DNA from: Nitrospirota bacterium
GTDB taxonomy: Bacteria; Nitrospirota; Thermodesulfovibrionia; Thermodesulfovibrionales; UBA9159
DNA: 64,000 bases
Direction: 5' to 3'
NCBI GenBank assembly: GCA_963699545.1
Contig: CAVOUE010000006.1
Span: 406,068 to 470,067, forward strand
Shown in pieces: positions 30,972 through 41,184 of this stretch. Positions within the stretch are counted from its first letter, which is position 1. The number at the start of each line of letters is the position of its first letter. A model generated the notes under the pieces. The model worked only from the letters and a program-made list of their open reading frames with translations, did no database searches and was not told the DNA's origin. The translations under genes were made by a program, and so were the position numbers.

Positions 30972-32521
30972 CAGAGAACGCAGCATTGAAGAAAGTGACG
31001 TCCATCATGTCCGGCTTCCTCGCACGACTGAGGGCGGTGGGAGAACCTCTCCAGAGGGTCCTCACCTTCAGTCTTGCTGACGATTCCCTTGCGCCCGCGA
31101 AAAGCGTCTGTGTTGCGGTCGAGAAGGGACATCTGTCCGTAGCCTACGCTTCACGAATGCTGTCGCGCATTACCCTCGAAGGATGCAAGCTCTACCCCGT
31201 GGAGGAAAAATATCCGACCCCCGAGGCCCTGGCTTCATCCGTAGCGCTTACGCTCAGTACGATGGGCGTCTCAAGAAAAGCTGAGATAACGCTGAGCCTT
31301 CCCAAGGCATGGACGGTCATTAAGAGCACGGATCTTCCCTCTACGGTCAGAGATAACCTCCCTGACGTGCTTTCCTACGAGATGGACCGTCTCACACCCT
31401 TCGCTTCCGGAGAGGCATTCTTCGATTTTAGGATTGTGAGGGAGGACAGTGAGAAACTCACATTACTAGTAGTTGCGGTGAAGACCGATCTTATCAGCCC
31501 CTATCTTAAAGCGCTGGCGGAAAAGGGCTGCAACGTTAGCAGGGTTACCGTAAACCTTTCCGCTACGGGCACCCTCTGCCGGTACACAGACACATGCCCC
31601 GACTCCCTCTTTATCAGGATTGGCGAAAAGGAATACGAAGGTGCGCTTTTTGAGAGCGGTTTTATGACCACTGCCTTCGCAGGTTCCTTCGGGGCTGGCA
31701 ATGACAGGGAAAAACTGAATACGGTGACGGCAGAACTGGAACCCCTTCTGGAAGGTGTAAGAAAAGAGGGGAAATCACCACAGGTTATTGTATCGGGAAA
31801 AGACGGGAACACGGCCCTCGTGGAAATGATGAAATTGAGCATGACCGTTCCCATCAAGATACTTGAGGAGACCGACATGCGGTTGGGTCTCTCAATGAAA
31901 AATATCTCCTATGGGGCCGTGGGAGGAGTGATCGAATCCTTATGGCCCCGGGCAAGGGGATTGAACCTGCTGGAAAAGGGCCAGCGGACAAAGAAAAAAA
32001 CTTCGATAGCCCTAACGGCTATCCTGGCCATTGCAGTCGTTGCACTGTGGGCCATCTCCCTCGTTGCCCCTGTCAAAAGTGAAGGGAACAGGCTCAGAGA
32101 AATGGATCGGCAGATCGCAATGAGAAAAGACGAGGTCAAGAAGGTCGAGGCGCTGAAAAAGGACGTTGCTGCGATGGAGAGTGATATTGCAGCCATCAAT
32201 AATTTCAAGGAGAACAGACCGATGGCATTGAATATTCTTAAGGAACTCACGAACGTTATTCCGAAAACTGCATGGCTGACACGGACAAAGATTACCGAGA
32301 CGACGGTGGACATCGACGGCTATGCAGCTTCAGCCACCGAGCTCATACCGAAACTGGAGGCCTCACCCCATTTCAGAAAAACGGAATTTGCGTCTCCTAC
32401 GTTCAGGGACCAAAAACTAAATGCGGACAGGTTCACGATCAAGATGGAGATTGAAGGCGTGAAAAAGACCGAAGGGGAAAAAACCGTCGGGAAAGAAAAA
32501 CAGAAAAATGAAAAGAAGTAG
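30968..32521 (+). CDS. gspL: GspL/PilN-domain assembly protein
   Basis: Cytoplasmic actin-like region, NLL plus TM, coiled coil, PilN-like domain (GYAASATELIPKLEASPHF). Confidence 0.75.
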   Translation: MTENAALKKVTSIMSGFLARLRAVGEPLQRVLTFSLADDSLAPAKSVCVAVEKGHLSVAYASRMLSRITLEGCKLYPVEEKYPTPEALASSVALTLSTMGVSRKAEITLSLPKAWTVIKSTDLPSTVRDNLPDVLSYEMDRLTPFASGEAFFDFRIVREDSEKLTLLVVAVKTDLISPYLKALAEKGCNVSRVTVNLSATGTLCRYTDTCPDSLFIRIGEKEYEGALFESGFMTTAFAGSFGAGNDREKLNTVTAELEPLLEGVRKEGKSPQVIVSGKDGNTALVEMMKLSMTVPIKILEETDMRLGLSMKNISYGAVGGVIESLWPRARGLNLLEKGQRTKKKTSIALTAILAIAVVALWAISLVAPVKSEGNRLREMDRQIAMRKDEVKKVEALKKDVAAMESDIAAINNFKENRPMALNILKELTNVIPKTAWLTRTKITETTVDIDGYAASATELIPKLEASPHFRKTEFASPTFRDQKLNADRFTIKMEIEGVKKTEGEKTVGKEKQKNEKK

Positions 32522-33059
32522 AACGCTTATCATTTCCATCCCGTTGATGGTCCTTCTGCTGGGGTTTGTTACCTATCGGTACGGGTATGTCAAGATCAGG
32601 GGAGATATCCAGTCCATCAGAGAAGACCAGGCGATAAGGGCGAAGACCCTTCAGAGATATATTGAACTCATTGCGGAAAAATCCCCTCTGGAGAAGAAGT
32701 TTACTGTGCTCACAGAGGAGCGGAAGGCCGACACTTCAAAGCTCATCGAAGGGCAAACCCTTGCCCTTGCTGCAGCGACTCTGCAGGACATGGTAAAAGG
32801 CATTATCAGCAGCAGAGGCGGGGCGATATCCAGCGAACGAGTGGGCAAGCCCGAAGATCTCGGAAAGTTCAGGGTAATCACGGTGACCATTGACGCTGTT
32901 GTTCCCGATTCTCGGGCATTGAGCGATATCCTTTACTCCGTAGAGACCCGGACCCCACATCTTGTGGTGAAAGAACTTGACATAAGGGTCCGGGATTTCA
33001 GAAACCCCAAGGAGCTCATGGTGAAGCTGGATGTTTCCGCTTTGACTACCGGGAAATAG
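32508..33059 (+). CDS. gspM: GspM (T2SSM_b/PilO-like) protein
   Basis: N-terminal TM, coiled coil, AAATLQ..V, ILYSVETRTPHLVVKEL. Confidence 0.75.
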   Translation: MKRSRTLIISIPLMVLLLGFVTYRYGYVKIRGDIQSIREDQAIRAKTLQRYIELIAEKSPLEKKFTVLTEERKADTSKLIEGQTLALAAATLQDMVKGIISSRGGAISSERVGKPEDLGKFRVITVTIDAVVPDSRALSDILYSVETRTPHLVVKELDIRVRDFRNPKELMVKLDVSALTTGK

Positions 33060-33133
33060 AGTCTCCCGGGCGATCTGAAGAGGGTATGTTTCACCATTCA
33101 ATCACAATGCCATCCCTCATTTTTTTTATTGTC

Positions 33134-33215
33134 GCCATTCGGGTCCGCCTAAAGCGGACGACCCGGAATCCATTATCTTTGTTGTGTCTGGATCGCCGCG
33201 TTCGCGGGAATGACA
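33134..33215. repeat. Pair of inverted REP-like palindromes (GTCATT-hairpin-ATCCA type)
   Basis: Left arm gccattcgggt[ccgcctaaagcggac]gacccggaatcca; reverse complement of right arm tgtcattcccgcgaacgcggcgatcca. Confidence 0.65.
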
Positions 33216-33234
33216 TGCCAAGGTGAGCCGATCG

Positions 33235-34495
33235 ATGGACAAACTGCATATAACCGGCGGCAAGAGACTCAAAGGCGAAGTGACCATCAGCGGCGCAAAG
33301 AATGCAGCCCTGCCCATCATGGTATCCTCCATACTTGCTTCGGGTGAAAGTACCATACACAGGGTTCCGGAATTGATGGATGTCATGACCATGGGCAAGC
33401 TCCTGGACAACCTCGGCGCCGGCTTTCATTATGAACCGGGTACGGCCGTTATCAATACGGAGCACATTGACAACCACGTGGCGCCCTATGACCTTGTAAA
33501 GACCATGCGCGCATCGGTTCTGGTCCTCGGTCCGCTTCTCGCCCGCACCGGAAAGGCAAGAGTCTCTCTGCCGGGAGGATGTGCCATCGGTGCACGGCCC
33601 ATCAACCTTCATCTCATTGGTCTGGAGAAGATGGGGGCAACTATTGAGCTGGACAGGGGATATGTGAATGCCAGTACAAAAGGCTTGAGAGGCTCGGCAA
33701 TACGTCTCGATATGCCCACGGTCACAGGTACCGAGAACCTCCTGATGGCAGCGTCGCTTGCGAAGGGCACGACAGTGATCGAAAATGCCGCAAAGGAGCC
33801 AGAGGTCGTTGATCTCGCTGATGCCCTCTCGTCCATGGGCGCCAGAATAAGCGGCGCGGGTGAGAGTACCATCGAGGTGGAAGGAGTGGATGAGCTCAGG
33901 CCGCTGCACTATTCGATCATCCCGGACAGGGTGGAGAACGGGCACTTTCATGACCATTGCAGGCATAACAGGAGGCGAGATCTTCATCAAGGGGTGCAGG
34001 CCGGACCACTCCGAGGCCTTGATTACGAGATTAAGGGAAGCAGGCCTCAAAATCGACATTGAGGGTGCCGGGATGCTGGTCACAGGTCCCGACCGGCCCG
34101 GAGCAAAAGATATCAAGACAATGCCCTACCCTGGATTTCCCACGGATATGCAGGCCCAGTTCATGGCGCTGATGGCCGTGGCTGAGGGAACAAGTGTCAT
34201 ACGTGAAACCATCTTCGAAAACAGGTTCATGCACGTGGCCGAACTGAGAAGGATGGGCGCTGATATCGAGATCGAAGGAGGAGTGGCGACAGTGCGAGGG
34301 GTGACGAAACTGAAAGGCGCTGACGTTATGGCCACGGATCTCAGGGCCAGTGCTTCACTCATTGTTGCAGGTCTGGGGGCAGAGGGGAGAACGATCATTC
34401 ACCGGCTTTATCATCTGGACAGGGGGTATGAACAGATAGAAGAGAAACTGAAGGGGCTCGGTGCTACTGTGGAGCGGATGAAAGATGTCCGATGA
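33235..34495 (+). CDS. murA: UDP-N-acetylglucosamine 1-carboxyvinyltransferase (frameshift near 33937)
   Basis: [43 protein letters not shown]; one extra A in GAGAACGGGC. Confidence 0.96.
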
Positions 34496-35309
34496 GCATC
34501 CCAAGGGTTTCCTTAAGGTCTTTCCTGTCGACCACCATATCGATCATCCCGTGTTCGAGACAGAATTCTGCCCTCTGAAAGTTTTCGGGCAGTTGCTGTT
34601 TGATCGTCTGTTCGATCACTCTTTGCCCCGCAAATCCTATGAGGCTCTTTGGCTCTGCAATGACGATGTCCCCGAGCATGGCAAAGCTCGCCGTAACACC
34701 TCCGAAGGTCGGATCTGAAAGAATTGATATATAGAGTATCCCTGCCTCCTTCAGCCTTCCAATCGCAGCAGCGGTCTTTGCCATTTGCATGAGAGAGAAG
34801 ATTCCCTCCTGCATCCTCGCACCTCCTGAGGACGCAACGGTGACAAGGGGGGTCTTCTTCTCCATTGCCAGCTCAGCCGCCCTTACGATTTTCTCGCCAA
34901 CGGCAGAGCCCATGCTCCCCCCATGAAAGGAAAAATCCATAACCGCGATCACAACGGGGTATCCGTTGATGAGGGCATCTCCTGTGATGACCGCCTCCCT
35001 GAGTCCGCTCCTCTTTTGATACTCTTTGACCCTTTCCCTGTAGGGGACGGTATCCTGAAAACCAAGGGGGTCGCCGGAGGTCACTCCCGCCTCCGTCTCG
35101 ACGAAACTCCCCTCATCCAGGATGAGGTCCAGACGCTCCGCGGCACCGATCCTGAAGTGGTAGTTACACTTCGGGCAGACCTTAAGGTTCTTTTCGATCT
35201 CCTTTTTATAGACGATCTCCTTGCAGTTCTCGCACTTCACCCACAACCCCTCGGGGATCTTAACTTTCTTGTCGATCTTCTGTTCTCTTGTCTTCTTAAA
35301 CCATGCCAT
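34464..35309 (-). CDS. accD: Acetyl-CoA carboxylase carboxyltransferase beta subunit
   Basis: WVKC..C Zn finger, [28 protein letters not shown]. Confidence 0.96.
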   Translation of the reverse strand: MAWFKKTREQKIDKKVKIPEGLWVKCENCKEIVYKKEIEKNLKVCPKCNYHFRIGAAERLDLILDEGSFVETEAGVTSGDPLGFQDTVPYRERVKEYQKRSGLREAVITGDALINGYPVVIAVMDFSFHGGSMGSAVGEKIVRAAELAMEKKTPLVTVASSGGARMQEGIFSLMQMAKTAAAIGRLKEAGILYISILSDPTFGGVTASFAMLGDIVIAEPKSLIGFAGQRVIEQTIKQQLPENFQRAEFCLEHGMIDMVVDRKDLKETLGMLIGHLSSAPQ

Positions 35310-35378
35310 AATTCAGTACACGGCAATCAGCGCTCAGTGAACAGTCAGCCTGTCTTCGCTCATCACTCTTCACCGTCG

Positions 35379-36152
35379 TTAAATTGCCCTCCTCAGCTGA
35401 GACATAAATTCGTCAAGGCCTTCGGGTGACTCATGGAGCTTTTTCACGATGGCACTGCCGATGATTACGCCATCAGCAGACTCGGACACTGCCCCGGCTT
35501 CCTCGGGAGTCGAAACACCAAAACCCACCGCAACGGGTTTCTTCGTGATTCCACGAATGACGCTCAACGATTCACGGATCGGACTGTCAAGGGAGAGTTT
35601 TGACCCTGTAATCCCCGTCATTGAGACATAGTAGATAAAACCCGTTGATGCCCTGGCGATCTTCTTCATTCTTTCTTCTGTCGATGTCGGCGCCATGAGG
35701 AATATAGTGGCAAGATGTCTTCCACCGGCGAAACGGAGCAGTTCCCCTGCCTCCTCAGGGGGCAGGTCCGGGATGATCACGCCATCCACTCCCGCATCAA
35801 CAGCGTCTCTCACAAACCCTTCCACTCCATATTTGAAAACCGGGTTATAGTATGTCATAAGGACAATGGGTATCTGACTCTGCTGCCTCAGATGCCTCAC
35901 GAGGCCAATAACCTTCTTCAAATGCACGCCGGAATCAAGAGCCCTCTCCGCCGCCCTCTGGATGGTCGGCCCATCGGCAAGGGGGTCTGAAAAGGGCACG
36001 CCCAACTCGACAATGTCAGCGCCTGCCCTCTCAAATAAAAGCACCGTCTCCCTCGTCTTCTCAAGGGAGGGGTCCCCCGCCATGATATAAGGGATGAATG
36101 CCTTCTTGCGCTGAGCCCTCAGTTTCCTGAAAGTCTTGTCGATCCTGTTCAT
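35379..36152 (-). CDS. trpA: Tryptophan synthase alpha chain
   Basis: ELGVPFSDPLADGPTIQ, YYVSMTGITG, VGFGVS. Confidence 0.97.
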   Translation of the reverse strand: MNRIDKTFRKLRAQRKKAFIPYIMAGDPSLEKTRETVLLFERAGADIVELGVPFSDPLADGPTIQRAAERALDSGVHLKKVIGLVRHLRQQSQIPIVLMTYYNPVFKYGVEGFVRDAVDAGVDGVIIPDLPPEEAGELLRFAGGRHLATIFLMAPTSTEERMKKIARASTGFIYYVSMTGITGSKLSLDSPIRESLSVIRGITKKPVAVGFGVSTPEEAGAVSESADGVIIGSAIVKKLHESPEGLDEFMSQLRRAI

Positions 36153-36162
36153 AGCGGTCTCA

Positions 36163-37350
36163 TCATTCTATCCCCTTGATCTCTGCGACCTGCTGCACAT
36201 CCTTATCGCCACGGCCTGATAGGTTCACCACAATGACCTCGTCACGCGCCAGCTTCGGCGCACGTTTCACCGCTTCTGCCAGCGCATGGGCTGATTCGAG
36301 GGCAGGGATGATCCCCTCTGTTCTGCTCAGGAGTTCGAAAGCAGACAGCGCCTCTTCATCAGTGGCATACGTGTATTCGACACGGCCGAGGTCCTTCAAA
36401 TAGGGATGCTCGGGACCCACAGCAGCATAGTCCAGTCCTGCCGAAACGGAATGGGTACCAAGGACATTCCCCACTTCATCCTGAAGGAGATAGGTCTTTG
36501 TCCCCTGGAAAACCCCAAGGGATCCTCCCGCAAACCTTGCAGCATGTTCACCACCCTCGATCCCCCTGCCGCCTGCCTCCACCCCGACCATCTTCACCCC
36601 GTCATCCAGAAAAGCATGGAAAAGCCCCATGGCATTGCTTCCACCGCCGATGCATGCAATAAGATGCCCGGGCAGCTTGCCTTCCGTAGTGAGGATCTGT
36701 TTCCTTGCCTCCCTGCCGATGACAGACTGAAAATCCCTGACCATCACGGGAAAGGGATGGGGCCCGAACACTGTTCCCAGGACATAGTGAGTGCTCCGCA
36801 CGTTGGTAGTCCAATCCCTCAGCGCCTCGTTTATGGCATCCTTCAGTGTCCTGGAGCCTATAGGCACCTCCGTGACCCTGGCGCCAAGGAGTCTCATCCT
36901 GAAGACGTTCAACGCCTGTCTCTTCATATCAACAGAGCCCATATAAATCTCGCACGCCAGCCCCACCAGAGCGGCGCCTGTTGCCGTGGCAACTCCGTGC
37001 TGTCCGGCGCCTGTCTCTGCAATGAGCCTTTTCTTTCCCATTTTTTTTGCAAGTAATGCCTGGCCAAGGGCGTTGTTTATCTTGTGGGCCCCGGTGTGTG
37101 CAAGGTCCTCCCGCTTAAGGTAGACCTTCGCTCCCCCGAGGTGTTCGGTAAAACGCTTTGCAAAGTACAACGGCGTCGGTCTTCCGATATACGTCCTCTG
37201 GAGGCGGACCAGCTCTTTCTGAAATTCTCCGTCGGTCCTTGACCTGAGATACACAGCCTCAAGCTCCGTGAGGGCAGGCATCAGCGTTTCGGGGACGAAC
37301 CGGCCGCCATATTGGCCGAAATAGCCTCTTTTATCAGGTACCTTCTTAAT
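36163..37350 (-). CDS. trpB: Tryptophan synthase beta chain (apparent ATT start at 37350)
   Basis: [32 protein letters not shown]; conserved [19 protein letters not shown] lies upstream of the tracked ATG 37281. Confidence 0.95.
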   Translation of the reverse strand: MKKVPDKRGYFGQYGGRFVPETLMPALTELEAVYLRSRTDGEFQKELVRLQRTYIGRPTPLYFAKRFTEHLGGAKVYLKREDLAHTGAHKINNALGQALLAKKMGKKRLIAETGAGQHGVATATGAALVGLACEIYMGSVDMKRQALNVFRMRLLGARVTEVPIGSRTLKDAINEALRDWTTNVRSTHYVLGTVFGPHPFPVMVRDFQSVIGREARKQILTTEGKLPGHLIACIGGGSNAMGLFHAFLDDGVKMVGVEAGGRGIEGGEHAARFAGGSLGVFQGTKTYLLQDEVGNVLGTHSVSAGLDYAAVGPEHPYLKDLGRVEYTYATDEEALSAFELLSRTEGIIPALESAHALAEAVKRAPKLARDEVIVVNLSGRGDKDVQQVAEIKGIE

Positions 37351-37385
37351 GATTCTCCTCCGGAATGAGAGTGTAATAAGGTGTT

Positions 37386-37394
37386 ATTATAGCA
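37386..37394 (-). promoter_or_regulatory. Extended -10 promoter for trpB-trpA-accD
   Basis: Minus strand TGcTATAAT, about 35 nt upstream of the trpB start. Confidence 0.55.
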
Positions 37395-37451
37395 TAATTG
37401 AAAGGGGAGTCAGGCGGGACATTTAAGGAAGGGACTGACAAGGATATTTTA

Positions 37452-37868
37452 TCAGCCGATTGTAATGGCCAGAAATTCTTCCGGGGTAAGGATGGGCAGG
37501 ACGTCCATTTTGTAGTCACCCTTGTTTCTGGTAATGAGGCACTCTGACTTTGCCTGGACGGCCGAATAATACTGCACGGCATCTTCGAAATCCCTGAAAC
37601 TCGACGTGAGGGCGAGATCGATCACCCGCTCGTCGACTGTTGCAACATTAAAGACGATTCTGACCTTTTCAAGTATCTTTATTGCCTTTTCCTGCCTCAG
37701 TTCTTTCGAAAGCAGGTAATAGAGTGTCGGAAAACTGAGGGCGCAGAGATAGCCCTTCAACTTCTTTTCCTCGATCATTTTGAATATTGTTGCAGCGGGA
37801 GCATAAAAAGGTTCGCGTTTCAAAAAAATATCGAGAAAAAAATTGATATCACAGAGAACAGATTTCAA
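37452..37868 (-). CDS. PIN-domain toxin (VapC-like)
   Basis: LCDINFFLD, DFEDAVQY, LITRNKGDY PIN motifs; overlaps the antitoxin stop. Confidence 0.88.
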   Translation of the reverse strand: MKSVLCDINFFLDIFLKREPFYAPAATIFKMIEEKKLKGYLCALSFPTLYYLLSKELRQEKAIKILEKVRIVFNVATVDERVIDLALTSSFRDFEDAVQYYSAVQAKSECLITRNKGDYKMDVLPILTPEEFLAITIG

Positions 37869-38113
37869 CGATACTTTTCCTGAAGGTGCTTTCTGTATTC
37901 CGCTCGAAGCTTCCTCGTACCCATTCCGGTCGAAAGAACGCCGGATATTTCCGACAACACCGGCGATTCAGGTGCTTCCTTTTCTTTCCGAATGGAGAGG
38001 GATCTGAAATAGTCCTCCACTATTCGAGAGAGGCTGACGCCTTTGGATCGCGCCGTTTCCTTTGCCTGCCTGATGACTTTATCGTCCAAACGTAGAGTGA
38101 GCTTTGTAGTCAT
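37865..38113 (-). CDS. Antitoxin (DUF6364-like, RHH-type)
   Basis: MTTKLTLRLD..VI..AK..A...GVSLSRIVEDYF ... L.EKY pattern upstream of the PIN gene. Confidence 0.82.
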   Translation of the reverse strand: MTTKLTLRLDDKVIRQAKETARSKGVSLSRIVEDYFRSLSIRKEKEAPESPVLSEISGVLSTGMGTRKLRAEYRKHLQEKYR

Positions 38114-38127
38114 AAAAATACCTCCTT

Positions 38128-38165
38128 GACGTATTTATTTTATTTTATTGTACGTCTAATGTCAA
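38128..38165 (-). promoter_or_regulatory. sigma70 promoter of the TA operon with an overlapping inverted-repeat operator
   Basis: TTGACA (38160-38165), 17 nt, TAAAAT (38137-38142); GACGTA (38128-38133) and TACGTC (38151-38156) flank the -10. Confidence 0.75.
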
Positions 38166-38835
38166 GAGGTGACAACAAGGGATATTTCCCGGTTGTTTTA
38201 TTTCATCTCCTTGGTTCTCCCGGAGCGTTTCCTCAGCGGCAGGAGGAAGGGATACATAACCGTCCTAGATGTTGTGGTTATCTTATGGCCTGGCAGACCA
38301 TATCAAGCAGCCCAAACACAGAAGTCCACCGACCAGTCAACACCCACGCTCTTTTGACGAGGCGATGATTTCCATTTCAAGTCCTCGCTCTGTGCGCACG
38401 TTCATAGGCGGCGTACTTCGTCCCGAAGTATGCGCCGATCAAAATTCCCAGTGAACGCAAACCTCCACATAGTAGTGCTCACTGTAAGGCCCCGCAGAAA
38501 TTTGAAGATTTCCGGAAAACGTCGCGGTTCAAAAGCAATGCAAATTGCGAGGAGTTCAACTGATAATTCTCATACCAAAAATCCCACAATCTTACGTAAA
38601 TAGCTGCAAACTTTCCAAGCCTTTTACAGCTTTCTATTAAAGCGCTTTCTTGTTTCAGTGTGCCGGAATCAATTAGCAGGCAAAATAACCTACGCGTTCC
38701 TGCCCATTTCAAATACCAATCGGGCGCTGAGAATCCAAGACGTTCATGCAGCTTGCTATACCGTTGCGATAGCGCGCTGAGAGTGTCGAGTTGCCGAGCA
38801 ACAACCTCACTTTTCGTGCGGTTACCACCCAGGCA

Positions 38836-39294
38836 TCATCGATTTCTTGGAGAGACCTCCTGCATTCTCAATTCGTCGCGGCACGCATTGCTGAAATCGC
38901 GCACGGGGTCCAGCACGCCGCCTTTCAGATCGTCCGCTACTACATCGCGAATCGACTTGTTCGGACCCTGGTACGTTTCGACGATCCTTATCATGATCCT
39001 GTCCGCCTGGTCGATAACTACCTGCGACGAAAAGATACGCATCTGGCTGACGAGGCTGTAGAGGTGGACGAGTTTCGGGACATCCGCCGTATCGTGTTCA
39101 AAGGCGTCCGCATAGGATTTAGACGACTCTTCGATAAAGTCCTTGTATAAGTCTATTCGTCTGCTGATATCATGCGCGAGCACCTGGGCGCTGAACTGCA
39201 CGCGCTGCGTCAGCCACGATGCTCCTAAGGATGTGAGACCGCCGACCACAGATCCGGCCAATGCGGCAAGTGCGGAAAGATATTCTGTCTCCAT
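38836..39294 (-). CDS. Hypothetical protein with an N-terminal membrane anchor
   Basis: SD AGGAG before ATG 39294; METEYLSALAALAGSVVGGLTSLGASWLTQ followed by a helical domain. Confidence 0.7.
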   Translation of the reverse strand: METEYLSALAALAGSVVGGLTSLGASWLTQRVQFSAQVLAHDISRRIDLYKDFIEESSKSYADAFEHDTADVPKLVHLYSLVSQMRIFSSQVVIDQADRIMIRIVETYQGPNKSIRDVVADDLKGGVLDPVRDFSNACRDELRMQEVSPRNR

Positions 39295-39530
39295 AGTTCT
39301 CCTTTCGTGGATTCGACCATAGCGTCCGGTCACTCCACTACTGAATACCCGATCAACATGACCATTGTCGGAGTAAGAGCGTGCAATCGAAATGCCATGC
39401 CGAGAAACAGAGCCGCCGGAAGACGCATCTCCCAACGCAAGCCGACTCCTCTGCTCGGCATCAAAATGATGACCTTTCCCGCCCTGAAATCCAATGCAAG
39501 GGTCATTCCGGGCTCTGAAATACAAAATAG

Positions 39531-40181
39531 CTAAAACTGCCATCCTCCCGTTTGCTCCTTCTGGAAAACAGACCTGATCCCGCCAGCGATGTCTCGGCTC
39601 AACTTCTCAAGAGCACTACTCATCGAGGCAACGAGCGCCTCATAACTGCTGCCATTTATCTGCTCTCTGATGATCGATTCGCTTGCCAGAAGCAAACTTC
39701 TATTGCGGGCGAATACTTGCCATTGGACCTTCAGCAGCACTGAATCACCAAGGGTTCCTTCGAATCGGTCCACAAGCACTTGGACTCTGCACGAAGCAGG
39801 CACTTGACTCTCCAGATAGGATGTCCAACGCACCACGGAAAAACGATCGGCAGGCAGAAGGCTGGAGATGTCCTCTACGAGGACACGGGTGACATCGCTC
39901 TCAAGAGAACCGGCCCATCGGTCGAATTCCGAAAGTTTGAGTTCGTTCTTGCCGGCGCGGGTCACTATCTGAGGCCGGTCAAGATAGTCGGGTATGCGAA
40001 CGGGACCTATGGCAATTATTTGGTTTTGTTCAGGGAAAGCATCAGGGGTGATCGAGGTCCTGTTCTGCAAAGGGTTCAACTGATAGAACTTCGAAGAAGG
40101 CGAACCGGCACATCCGGCCAGGATTACCACTAACAGTCCAAGGGCAATGAGGGGACGCTGACCCAAACGAATAGTTTTCAT
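39531..40181 (-). CDS. PqiC-family ABC transport auxiliary lipoprotein
   Basis: LAG-C lipobox, IGPVRIPDYLDRPQIV, EFDRWAG. Confidence 0.88.
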   Translation of the reverse strand: MKTIRLGQRPLIALGLLVVILAGCAGSPSSKFYQLNPLQNRTSITPDAFPEQNQIIAIGPVRIPDYLDRPQIVTRAGKNELKLSEFDRWAGSLESDVTRVLVEDISSLLPADRFSVVRWTSYLESQVPASCRVQVLVDRFEGTLGDSVLLKVQWQVFARNRSLLLASESIIREQINGSSYEALVASMSSALEKLSRDIAGGIRSVFQKEQTGGWQF

Positions 40182-40182
40182 T

Positions 40183-41184
40183 TCATTCTCCTTTAGCGGG
40201 GCTCTTCCCTCTCAGCAATGCCTCAGGGTGGCGTTCAAGGTAATCCGCCAGAACACGGATGGAACGGGAGAGCTCGGCGATCTGCTCAAGCGTCCTGCCT
40301 ATCTCATATCCGAGATTTGCATTCTGCACGGCGATCACGTTGATATTTTCGACTGTTTTGGTTGTTTCCTTCAGGGTATCTTGGGCTGACGACAGAGTCT
40401 CCTTGATGCTCGATGCAATCTGTCCGGGTGCACCTTCATCGAACCTGAGTGTTTTTTCGGCTTGAGCAAAAGCTGCACGGGCGGCATCCGTTGTTCCCTT
40501 GATGTCTGAAGCTATGGGCCCGACCTTAGAATTTAGATTCTTCACGAGTATATCACCGTCCTTGAGCAACTGATTCAACGAGCCGATGCTTGCCTGCAGG
40601 TCGCGGGAATTGACGAGCTTACTTATTCCTGCAAGGGTTTCGTTTAATCTGTCGGCGATTTCGTTGAGCGGCAGCTCCTCAATTTTTTTTGTTAGTTGTT
40701 CCATACCCGAAGGGACGGTGGGAACCTCAGGGTACCGCTTTTCGAGGCCGACAAGCCTGATCGGAGTATTCGGATAGAAATCGAGATTGACCATGAGCTG
40801 GCCGGTGACAAGACTCTGCAACTGGAGCTGGGCTCTCAGTCCTTTCTCTATCAAGGCCTGAAGATACTGTTGGTCATAGCCATGATCTCCCTCTATTGGC
40901 ACGATTTTTTTCGGATAGATTTCTACGTAAACCGGGATAAAAGCGGTGAGATCTCTTGCATTCATTTTCACGATGACATCGGTCACTTGCCCTATCCGTG
41001 CGCCATGAAACACTACCGGCGCTCCGATCTGGAGCCCTTTCACCGAACCCTCAAAGAACATCACACTCTTTTTGGCCTCTGTGAATAACTTGCCTGAACC
41101 GAAAACGACTATGCCTGCAACGACGAGAAAAATAGCGCCAAGAACAAACGCTCCGATGAGACTCTTGCTCGCCTGCTTACTCAT
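40183..41184 (-). CDS. MlaD/PqiB-family MCE protein
   Basis: IGAFVLGA TM, SVKGLQIGAPV, GLRAQLQLQSLVTG, helical tail, YLERHPEALLRGK. Confidence 0.9.
   Translation of the reverse strand: MSKQASKSLIGAFVLGAIFLVVAGIVVFGSGKLFTEAKKSVMFFEGSVKGLQIGAPVVFHGARIGQVTDVIVKMNARDLTAFIPVYVEIYPKKIVPIEGDHGYDQQYLQALIEKGLRAQLQLQSLVTGQLMVNLDFYPNTPIRLVGLEKRYPEVPTVPSGMEQLTKKIEELPLNEIADRLNETLAGISKLVNSRDLQASIGSLNQLLKDGDILVKNLNSKVGPIASDIKGTTDAARAAFAQAEKTLRFDEGAPGQIASSIKETLSSAQDTLKETTKTVENINVIAVQNANLGYEIGRTLEQIAELSRSIRVLADYLERHPEALLRGKSPAKGE

Noticed and set aside
38396-38460. Hairpin gcgtacttcg-tcc-cgaagtatgc with outer gttca/tgaac as an integron attC site or ncRNA
   Set aside because: Lacks a correctly arranged RYYYAAC...GTTRRRY pair, is single-copy, and no integrase is present.
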